Source: Haliotis rufescens (taxonomy: Eukaryota). From it: 64,000 nucleotides of DNA. Every line of letters begins with the position of its first letter. Position 1 is the stretch's first letter. The notes beneath the pieces are model-generated. The model searched no databases. It was not told where the DNA came from and worked only from the letters and a program-made list of their open reading frames with translations. This document shows, piece after piece, positions 40,301 through 50,637 of the stretch. The translations under genes and the position numbers were made by a program. Where the stretch lies: NCBI RefSeq assembly GCF_023055435.1, contig NW_025964112.1:8804001-8868000 (forward strand), given 5' to 3'.

Positions 40301-43300
40301 NNNNNNNNNNNNNNNNNNNNNNNNNNNNNNNNNNNNNNNNNNNNNNNNNNNNNNNNNNNNNNNNNNNNNNNNNNNNNNNNNNNNNNNNNNNNNNNNNNNA
40401 CTTATGCCAGTTTTATATCGCTACCCCAGTGAGATACCATGCGGCAGGTTTAACGTGGATACTCCACGCAGACACAGTATACTGACCCCGAGCCGAGTCC
40501 TTGTTTTAACCCCATGATGCCAAGCGCCAGACAGGGTAACAACAAATACCATCGTTTAACGTCCTTTGGTACGACGCGACCGGGGATCGAACCCCCCACT
40601 TCCTCCCCCGGGGAGACATTCTATCCACTCGACCGTGGAGGCGTTATATTCAAGATAACAAGGGCATATATTAATACAAACGCGTTGTTTTTTGGTGACG
40701 GGTGAAATACACCAGTTTGACATCTTGCAATCCGACCTTCCTACATAACCCCGTAACCTAACGCGTCAAATGTCGGTTGACCAGGTTTCACAACATATCA
40801 AAGGCTCATACGCTGGTGATCTGTTTAAGAAGATGGTTGAACATTTTCTACAAACCTGCACATTGTTTTACTGTCCTTTTGTATCAGTAAGTTAACATAG
40901 TCCATGACGATATCAGCCGAAGCGGCACCAGAAAGACTCGCGGCGTCAGAGAGTTGCTCCTGTACACTGTTGAGGTTCATACACTGCTGGCTTAACTGAG
41001 CGATGGTTGTCCCCACTGTGTTTAGTGTACAGGTAGCTGTGACCTCGACAGCGTGATTGTCCCCACCAGTGATACCTGAAACACCGGTGTCAGCTAGCAG
41101 AGGAAAACTTGGACAAAGATCGACTGCGAAGACCAGTTGAAAAGACAGTGTTGACAGGTAAAGAGGATCAGTTGTGATGAGAGTGTAGCTAGACAGAGGA
41201 CCAATTGTGTGGAGAGTGTAGACAGACAGAGGACCAGTTGAGGGAAGAGTGTAGACAGACAGAGGTCCAATTGTGTGGATAGTGTAGACACGCAGATGGG
41301 ACCGGTTGTGAGGAGAGTGTAGACCGACAAAAAGATCAGTTGTGAGGAGAGTGTAGACAGGCAGAGGATCAGTTGTGAGGAGAGTGTAGACAGACGAAGA
41401 GAATAGGTTGTGAGGAGAGTGTAGACAGACAGAGGACCAGTTAAGGGAAAAGAGTAGACCGACAAAAAGATTAGTTGTGAAGAGAGTGTAGACAGACAGA
41501 GGACCAGTTGTGAGGAGAGTGAAGACAGACAGAGGACCGCTTGTGAGGACAGCGTAGACCGACAGAGGACCACTTGTGAGGAGTGTGTAGACAGACAGAG
41601 GACCAGTTGAGAGGAGTTTGTAGACAGACAAAGAGAATCGGTTGAGAGGCGAGTGTAGACAGACAGATGGGGTCAGTTGTGAGGAGTGTGTAGACAGACA
41701 AAGAGGATCGGTTGAGAGAAGTGTACACAGTCAAAGAGGATCAGTTGAGCGGAGTTTGTAGACAGGTAGAGGACCAATTGAGAGGAGTTTGTAGACAGAT
41801 AAAGAACATCAGTTGAGAGGAGAGTGTAGACAGACAGATGGGGTCAGTTGTGAGGAGTGTGTAGACAGACAAAGAGGATCAGATGAGAGGAGAGAGTAGA
41901 CAGGCAGAGGACAAGTTGAGAGGAGTTTGTAGACAGGCAGAGGACCAGTTGTGAGGAGAGTGTAGACAGGCAGAGGATCAGTTGTGAGGAGAGTGTAGAC
42001 AGGGAAAGAGGATCAGTTTTGAGGAGAGTGTACACAGTCAAAGAGGATCAGGTGAGAGGAGAGTGTACACAGCCAAAGAGGATCAGTTGTGAGGAGAGTG
42101 TAGACAGGAAAAGAGGATCAGTTTTGAGGAGAGTGTACACAGTCAAAGAGGATCAGTTGTGAGGAGAGTGTACACAGTCAAAGAGGATCAGTTGAGAGGA
42201 GAGTGTAGACAGTCAAAGAGGATCAGTTGAGAGGAGAGTGTACACAGACAAAGAGGATCAGTTGTGAAGAGAGTGTAGACAGGCAAAGAGGATCAGTTGT
42301 GAGGAGAGTGTACACAGTCAAAGAGGATCAGTTGTGAGGAGAGTGTACACAGTCAAAGAGGATCAGTTGAGAGGAGAGTGTAGACAGTCAAAGAGGATCA
42401 GTTGAGAGGAGAGTGTACACAGTCAAAGAGGATCAGTTGAGTGGAGAATGTAGAAAGGCAGAGGACAAGTTGAGAGGAGTTTGTAGACCGGCAGAGGACC
42501 AGTTGTGAGGAGAGAGTGGACAGGCAGAGGATCAGTTGTGTGGAGAGTGTAGACAGTCAAAGAGGATCAGGTGAGAGGAGAGTGTACACAGCCAAAGAGG
42601 ATCAGTTGTGAGGAGAGTGTACACAGTCAAAGAGGATCAGGTGAGAGGAGAGTGTAGACAGCCAAAGAGGATCAGTTGTGAGGAGAGTGTAGACAGGCAA
42701 AGAGGATCAGTTTTGAGGAGAGTGTACACAGTAAAAGAGGATCAGGTGAGAGGAGAGTGTACACAGCCAAAGAGGATCAGTTGTGAGGAGAGTAGACAGA
42801 CGGAGGACCAGTTGTGAGGAGTGTGTACACAGACAAAGAGGATCAGTTGTGAGGAGAGTGTAGACAGGCAAGGAGGATCAGTTGAGAGGAGAGTGTACAC
42901 AGTCAAAGAGGATCAGTTGTGAGGAGAGTGTAGACAGGCAAAGAGGATCAGTTTTGAGGAGAGTGTACACAGTCAAAGAGGATCAGTTGTGAGGAGAGTG
43001 TACACAGTCAAAGAGGATCAGTTGAGAGGAGAGTGTAGACAGTCAAAGAGGATCAGTTGAGAGGAGAGTGTACACAGACAAAGAGGATCAGTTGTGAAGA
43101 GAGTGTAGACAGGCAAAGAGGATCAGTTGTGAGGAGAGTGTACACAGTCAAAGAGGATCAGTTGTGAGGAGAGTGTACACAGTCAAAGAGGATCAGTTGA
43201 GAGGAGAGTGTAGACAGTCAAAGAGGATCAGTTGAGAGGAGAGTGTACACAGTCAAAGAGGATCAGTTGAGTGGAGAATGTAGAAAGGCAGAGGACAAGT

Positions 43301-46300
43301 TGAGAGGAGTTTGTAGACCGGCAGAGGACCAGTTGTGAGGAGAGAGTGGACAGGCAGAGGATCAGTTGTGTGGAGAGTGTAGACAGTCAAAGAGGATCAG
43401 GTGAGAGGAGAGTGTACACAGCCAAAGAGGATCAGTTGTGAGGAGAGTGTACACAGTCAAAGAGGATCAGGTGAGAGGAGAGTGTACACAGCCAAAGAGG
43501 ATCAGTTGTGAGGAGAGTGTAGACAGGCAAAGAGGATCAGTTTTGAGGAGAGTGTACACAGTAAAAGAGGATCAGGTGAGAGGAGAGTGTACACAGCCAA
43601 AGAGGATCAGTTGTGAGGAGAGTAGACAGACGGAGGACCAGTTGTGAGGAGTGTGTACACAGACAAAGAGGATCAGTTGTGAGGAGAGTGTAGACAGGCA
43701 AGGAGGATCAGTTGAGAGGAGAGTGTACACAGTCAAAGAGGATCAGTTGTGAGGAGAGTGTAGACAGGCAAAGAGGATCAGTTGTGAGGAGAGTGTAGAC
43801 AGACAGAGGACGCCAGTTTAGAGGAGAGAGTAGACAGGCAGAGGACAAGTTGAGAGGAGTTTGTAGACAGGCAGAGGACAAGTTGAGGGGGAAGCGTAGA
43901 CAGGCAGAGGACCAGTTGTGAGGAGAATGTAGACAGGCAAAGAGGATCAGTTGTGAGGAGAGTGTAGACAGGCAAAGACCATCGGTTGAGAGGAGAGTGT
44001 AGACAGACAGATGGAGTCAGTTTTGAGGAGTGTGTAGACAGTCAAAGAGGATCAGTTGAGAGGAGAGTGTAGACAGTCAAAGAGGATCAGTTGAGAGGAG
44101 AGTGTACACAGTCAAAGAGGATCAGCTGTGAGGAGAGTGTACACAGTCAAAGAGGATCAGTTGTGAGGAGAGTGTAGACAGGCAAGGAGGATCAGTTGAG
44201 AGGAGAGTGTACACAGTCAAAGAGGATCAGTTGTGAGGAGAGTGTAGACAGGCAAAGAGGATCAGTTGTGAGGAGAGTGTACACAGTCAAAGAGGATCAG
44301 TTGTGAAGAGAGTGTACACAGTCAAAGAGGATCAGTTGTGAGGAGAGTGTACACAGTCAAAGAGAATCAGTTGTGAAGAGAGTGTACACAGTCAAAGAGG
44401 ATCAGTTGTGAGGAGAGTGTAGACAGACAAAGAGAATAGGTTGTGAGGAGAGTGTAGACAGACAGAGGACCAGTTGTGAGGAGAGTGTAGACAGACTAAG
44501 AGAATAGGTTGTGAGGAGAGTGTAGACAGACAGAGGACCAGTTGTGAGGAGAGTGTAGACAGACAAAGAGGATCAGTTGAGAGGAGTTTGTAGACAGGTA
44601 GAAGAAAAGTTGAGAGGAGTTTGTAGACAGACAGAAGACTAGTTGTGATGAGTGTGTAGACAGACAGAGGATCAGTTGTGAGGAGAGTGTAGACAGGCAA
44701 AGAGGATGTCAATAATTGAGTTGTGTGGAGAGTGTAGACAGACACGGAGATCAATTGAGAGTAGAGTGTAGACAGACAAAGAGGATGAGTTGTGAGGAGA
44801 GAGTAGATAGACAAAGAGGATCAGTTGAGAGGACAACGAAACAGATTGAGAGGACGAGTTGAGATGAAAACGTAGATAGACTAAGAAGACCAGCTGAGAG
44901 GAGGATGTAGCCAATGTACGCAATAGAAGAACGGATATAGACTAGGAGAACCAGCTTAGATGAATATATAGATACAATAAGAGGATAAGTTGAGATAGAC
45001 TAAGAGGACGAGTAGAGAAGAGGACGTAAATTGCCTAAGAGGACGAGGGGACCAGCTGGGAGGAAGATATAGATATGCCAATAGATAGAGGACCAGTTGA
45101 GAGGAGAACGGACATATACTAAGAGGGCCATTTGAAAGAAGGACGCATATAGACTCAGAGAACAAGCTGATAGAAGGTATACTTTAAGTTAACAAGTTGA
45201 GGGGAAGGCCAATACAGAAACGGCTGGGGGAACGTGACAACGATGACCAGTTGAGAGGATGGCGTCTATACCATAAGAAACAGAGGATGCACAATAATTT
45301 GAGATACTACACTAATATGATCTGAAGCTCATTTCTGGTGTCCCCCGCCGTGATATTGCTGGAATATTGCTAAAAGCGGTGTAAAACCATATTCACTCAC
45401 TCACTCACTAATATGATCAGTTAAGAAGATTTCGGAGCAGACTCAGGGCAGGACGAAGAAGGATGAAGAAGTCCAGTTGAGATGAGAACCTTGGTAGACA
45501 CAGTTTAGAGGACATACACTGTATATACATATATGCTGAGAGAACAGCAGAGAGGAATACTTATATACCATACTACTCAAAATAAGTTAAGGAACACCCA
45601 ATTATTTCGCATTACAAAAGTTATTCAATCCTGACATTGTAATAGTAACTATAGTAATATGATACAATCGAGTGTTCTCTAACTTCTTTTGAGTAGCGTG
45701 TAATGAAGAAAGACCACCTAAAGAAGGACGAGAAAATGTCAAAGGTTGCCGGTGGAGATAGATTATTATGTAGAAATGATTATTTATGACAGATACACAA
45801 TGGAACATTGTCACTTGCATTGGTACCTAAAAAAATATATATTCAAGGAAATATGTAGAGGATTGCATCAAGAAATCAAGACGTACATGTAGGCGTGGCA
45901 CGGGGAGCTAGCTTATGTTCAAATACAATGAGACCGACATGCTGCGGATGCATACTCACTTGCGATGGCATCACAGGACTGTGTCATCTGTTGCTGAAAG
46001 TCGCTTTCTGCTGGATAAATACTGTTGTCTTGAGCAGACACACTGTTGCATTTCTTGTTGACATAGTAGAGGCAGGCCACAGCTTTCGTGTAATTTTCCT
46101 GATTACTGTTTGAAACAAGATCTAATTTCGCACCTTTCTCAAGCACCAATCTACTAATCCATTAAGCTCTAGGGCCTAGCCCAAATAGTAATGAACCAGG
46201 CTTTGAAATTAAAATAGCCTTAGACCTTGTCATGATAAAAGTATAGACAATGAGAAATATGATTTCTATATAAAACTGCACAATTTTTACTTTAAAAATA

Positions 46301-46603
46301 TAGATATTTATTTTTATATAATTGCCTAAAACGTGATATATGCATATATCCCTGTTGTTTATTAATTTCATAAATTGCATATACTTTCATACCTGCACAA
46401 AGTGTCACTCTCATCTACTATGAAGTTTTCGATGATCAGCAGTGCATCTTCGGGTGTGGCTTCAGCAAGGGTGGGAGGGGACGGTATTTGTATTGGAATA
46501 TTGTACACGTCCAGACACGCCTGGTTCACCGTCTCGACTGATTTGTTGGAACATGTTACCTGTGACAGCAGCTCAACCACAACGCTGTCTTGGCCTGTGA
46601 TCC
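26023..46603 (-). CDS. Gene B2: multi-module Cys-rich paralog of A with C-terminal hydrophobic (GPI-like) tail, >=648 aa, 5' exon not securely identified
   Basis: Phase-consistent exons in transcript order: 46603-46393, 46105-45960, 41075-40856, 39320-39178, 35165-34955, 32426-32284, 30696-30597, 29423-29308, 28724-28529, 28158-28016, 27130-27043, 26251-26023. Each has 3 Cys and aligns by eye to A exons (VDCSTTKGIQDGALDCLLYH vs VDCSTTENIRSSYHQCLLYN; LCGDAAVRIYE vs ACGEAALHMYE). Ends KSRAGKRVASMLMTVLAFIYSRVGVSQG*. Joining the four most upstream exons into the same transcript is inferred from phase compatibility only. Confidence 0.72.
28211..28303 (+). repeat. (CA)n microsatellite, present only in duplication copy 2
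   Basis: Direct reading; absent at the homologous position ~13390. Confidence 0.9.
29121..29304. other. Assembly gap (others at 30253-30387 and 40247-40399)
   Basis: Runs of N; all fall in introns of the B2 model. Confidence 1.
31530..32180 (+). mobile_element. Tc1/mariner transposase remnant
   Basis: RVTSRQQDNHIRLVH, WPAVSPDLS and terminal NANGGHARY* motifs; degenerate. Confidence 0.75.
32890..33210 (-). mobile_element. Tc1/mariner transposase C-terminal remnant (second family)
   Basis: LPWPSRYPYLNPIEHL*DELDRCVRQ...GHTRY* on the minus strand. Confidence 0.75.
34700..34935 (+). mobile_element. SINE with Meta/MESC-like core and (AAAC)n tail (copies ~6770-6910, 12008-12150, 36568-36805 -, 38850-39070 -, 54595-54865 -, 61660-61905 -)
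   Basis: Shared GTAAGAGGCGAC-like core and TCGATTATTTACAGACCGCC...GCTGGAATATTGCTGAGTGCGGCGTTAAAC 3' region in many copies. Confidence 0.75.
41130..45300 (+). repeat. Purine-rich 33-35-bp minisatellite (~4.2 kb) with an 830-bp higher-order duplication
   Basis: Unit GAGGAGAGTGTA(G/C)ACAGTCAAAGAGGATCAGTTGT. Variant markers recur at 42441/43271 and 42791/43621. Edges degenerate. Confidence 0.95.
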
Positions 46604-47111
46604 CTAAAATACGAAACACGGCACTCAGTAGTCACATTTCTATCACTGTTTGATATGTCGCAAAAATTTATCTGTCCATGGATTGTAAATAGATACACAC
46701 ACAGTATTTTCAACCTCAACTTACCACTGAATATGTCGTTTCCATAGGGCGAACACAGGCTGTTATATAGCCGGAATATTGTTGAGTGGGGTGTTAAACA
46801 TCAAACAAATAAAAAGGAAATTAGAAATGAAAATTATATGAATGGGCCACTGAAAATCAGTGATGACACCAGGTGTTCGCGGATAGGTAAACATGCCCTG
46901 CTCTGTCCGCCACACACACAGTTTGTATAAAAAGGTGTGTTTGTTGTCTAACGCCGCACAGCAGTGTTCCTGCCATACGACTGCGGACCTGTAAACAATC
47001 AAGTCTTGACCAGTTAATCACGTAACACGTAATAGTACGAGGAAGAGTGACTGTGCTCATCTACAAGATACCCATGTCCTGTCTATACATTTTATAAGTG
47101 CCAGTTGTGAA

Positions 47112-47897
47112 CTGATCTTTGTCTTACATCATCGTTATAGTTAATAACTGTCACTGATCTGTAAATGTCTTACATCATCGTTATATTTAATAACTGTCAC
47201 TGATCTTTAAATGTCTTACATCATCGTTATAATTAATAACTGTCACTGATCTGTAAATGTCCTATATCATCGTTATAGTTAATAACTGTCACTGATCTGT
47301 AAATGTCTTACATCATCGTTGTAGTTAATAACTGTAATTATATAACTTATCTGTAAATGTCTTACATCATCGTTATAATTAATAACTGTCACTGATCTGT
47401 AAATGTCTTTCATCATCGTTATGGTTAATAACTGTAACTGATCTGTAAATGTCTGACATCATCGTTGTAGTTAATAACTGTCACCGATCTGTAAATGTCT
47501 TACATCATCGTTATATTTAATAACTGTAACTGATCTGTAAATGTCTTACATCATCGTTATAATTAATAACTGTCATCGATCTGTAAATGTCTTTCATCAT
47601 CGTTATGGTTAATAACTGTCACCGATCTGTAAATGTCTAACATCATCGTAAAAGTTATTAACTGTAACTTATCTGTAAATGTCTTTCATCATCGTTATGG
47701 TTTATAACTGTAACTGATATGTAAATGTCTTACATCATCGTTGAAGTTAATAACTGTAACTGATCTGTAAATGTCTTACATCATCGTTGAAGTTAATAAC
47801 TGTCACTGATCTGTAAATGTCTTACATCATCGTTATGGTTAATAACTGTAATTATATAATTTATCTGTAAATGTCTAACATCATCGTTATAGTTAAT
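47112..47897 (+). repeat. 46-bp AT-rich minisatellite, about 17 units
   Basis: Unit TGTCTTACATCATCGTTATAGTTAATAACTGTCACTGATCTGTAAA; period 46 (47121 to 47167). Confidence 0.95.
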
Positions 47898-50289
47898 ATT
47901 ATTACAGTAAATATTCATCAGCTCCAGCGGAATCGAGCATGCTCTTTCTACGAAGTCATATAACTGTGCAGAAATTGATTGATCAAGGTTATAGCATCCA
48001 AGACCCCAGAAAAAGTTTCAAAACGTTTTATGGTAGACATGTTGAGGACATTTTCATATTTCACGCATCAATGACAAAATGATGACAATTCCCTATTTTG
48101 ACTTGTACCTTATGTTTTCGTGTTTATATAGGTGAACAATTGACTTGCCATTGCATGTGTTTGTCACAGTTTGGGCAGGGTACTCTCACGTTTTCTCGAA
48201 CACCTGGTATGATCACTATTTGATGGTAATGTATAAACATATACCCATGATATAGTCAGATTCGTACAATCGTCTCTGCTCTTGGTATAAATATCTTCTG
48301 ATCATGGAAAGTGTTATGACGCTTTAAGTTAGAGCATCGCTAAAGCTTGATTTAACTGTCATGCACTGTGACTTAAGGCGCTGAGATGTATTGTGAACTC
48401 AGTGACCTTGTAAATGCTGTAGTCCTGGTATATTTGTTCGGTAAAAGTCATTATTATTCTTTTATACATGTGCTGTCGACAGAAATAGGTATGGAGGTCA
48501 TGGTGCCTCCTTCAGATAGGCGTAAATAGATTATTCGAAGACGGTCTTAAAATATGTTGACACCTAACCCGTGATACATTATTTTAATACCTTACAATAA
48601 TAGAGACTTGTAAAGTAAACTCTAAAGTTTCTAAATTTAACGTAAGGCAAAGAAAGGACGGGAAAGATCGATATTCAAATAATACGTGGCAGTGTTACGA
48701 CATTAAATAACGTGTTTGCTGAGTTCAAATTCCTCTAACATGCATACACCGATAGTTGTCGTTAATAATGCATACCTGAACGTGTTTTTAGACAACGTCA
48801 ATATGAAATCTCTACAACATACCAGGATAACAACTCATTACTCCTGAACTCCCAGTAGTGTTCATAACTAATGATGGTCTTTGATGTAACCCGTTGGGAT
48901 TCCGGGGTAGAATAGGTCCCTGCAGACATAGGTATGTTTAATTTGTTCCCATGTACCTGTGATTGGAAGGCGTCAATGTGTGATCTGGCTCACTACATGT
49001 CATGGTACCCCGAAGACGTCCATCGTTGCCCATAACAAATCGTCATGTTATTGGATTGCGGTTTAAATCAACACTTACTCTCCGGCTTTTGACGTAATAT
49101 CGTCACAGATAGAATTGCAGACTTCATTGTTAAAGATCCAGTTCCGAATCAGTGGTCATGAAGTCAACCATTTGTCTGTCTTTCCCAGACTTGCAATGAA
49201 CAGACCTAGAACGCTATGTGAAAGAAAACAACACTTTCTCACAAAATTGTCACAAAAAATATTTTTGCAATGACTTTCGCGAGCACCTGGCGTCATCTTT
49301 GATTTTCAGTGGTCCATATAATTAATACCGCTATTTTTCCTTTTGCGCCGAATGGAATCTGTTTCGGCAGATAACCGAGAGCGGTTAATCTCTGGCGTTG
49401 ATGTTTTATATTTCAATGACGGCTTTAAAGGAACATATCTCGCATTCCAACATAACGTGTTTTATTATTCCGGGATTTCTTAACAATTAAGTACGTTTCA
49501 AGATGTAACTCCCTCCTTTGACGTGTATATTTGAGTTGCCTTTGCATGTGTTTGTGACGGATGCAACCGATTGAGCAGGATACGCTTACCTTTTCGCGAG
49601 CATCTGGTATCATCACTAATTCATAGTGATACACTAATAGAAGTTTAGGATACAATCAGATCGCTTTTATTTACGTAAATGCATTATTCAATATAACTCA
49701 CATATTTTGTTTTTACATATCTCATTCGTCTGCAACTACCACAAACAAATGTTTGGTCGTTCTGCTCAGTTACAGTTGACTGACATACTATACAGGTAGT
49801 GTGCTAGTTATTGTGCTAATAACATGTTCAAGAAAATGTGATCTTCTGAACATTGTTTTAACCTGTTATAAGTAAAGTATAAAAATGTAATGAACCCTCA
49901 CTGTTGTTATCTTGTAGTTAAGGTGTCGGCATGAGCAGATACACACAGTGTACATGTAACCATTACGAGACAAACAGTGGTAGAATGATCTTTGTTTACT
50001 TGCCCTCATAAACTATTTGATGTCGATGAGTACAACACTTACAAATAATTGGCACTGCAACGCAAATTCATACACATAGAGTAAATAATGAATATTGTTA
50101 TCGATTAAAGACAAATTTGCCGATGCAGATGATTCGCATTATGAAACTTCCTATAACAAAAAACACCAAATTGCGTCTATGAATCATTAGAAACTAGATA
50201 TATGACAATTTGTGAGGAGTGTCATTTTATCTTTCATCTAACAATTTCATTAACAAACCGCGCTGTATAACTTTGTATTTTTGTATTAT

Positions 50290-50637
50290 GAGGTGAGGTG
50301 AGACGGGGTTCAACGTCGCGGCCAAGATTATTGCACTTATATAGCGACGTGCACGTGTTTGTGTGTGTTGCTGCTTGTACTTGTCCGGACTGATGCCGAT
50401 ATATAGTGCCAGCTCACTGAGATACCATGCCGCAGTTTAACATGAATACCCCACTCAGACACAGTATACTGACTCCGAGCCGACCAGTCCTTGTTTAGCC
50501 CCTTAATGCCGAGCGCCAGACAGGGTAACAACAAGTACCATCTTTTAACGTCTTTTGGTATGACGCGGCCGGGGAACGAACCCCGGACCTTCCGCTCACC
50601 GGGCGGACGCTCTACCACTAGACCACGGAGGCGGTCG
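50290..50637 (-). mobile_element. tRNA-headed V-SINE-like element (copies ~35975-36205 +, 40200-40640 -, 51690-51806 -)
   Basis: A-box TGGTCTAGTGG, B-box GGTTCGTTCCC, then GTCATACCAAAAGACGTTAAAAGATGGTAC core and (CACCT)n tail. Confidence 0.75.

Noticed and set aside
41076-41631. 268-aa ORF (40825-41631) with SVYTLLTTGPL repeats running into a real exon
   Set aside because: The repeat part is minisatellite; 33-bp units keep frame by chance and 35-bp units break it. A good acceptor with a CTGAC branch-like site lies at 41076.
46725-46759. 35-nt candidate micro-exon (LCSPYGNDIFS) with a GTAAGT donor upstream of B2
   Set aside because: The acceptor abuts a SINE tail and no partner phase-2 exon or start codon was found.
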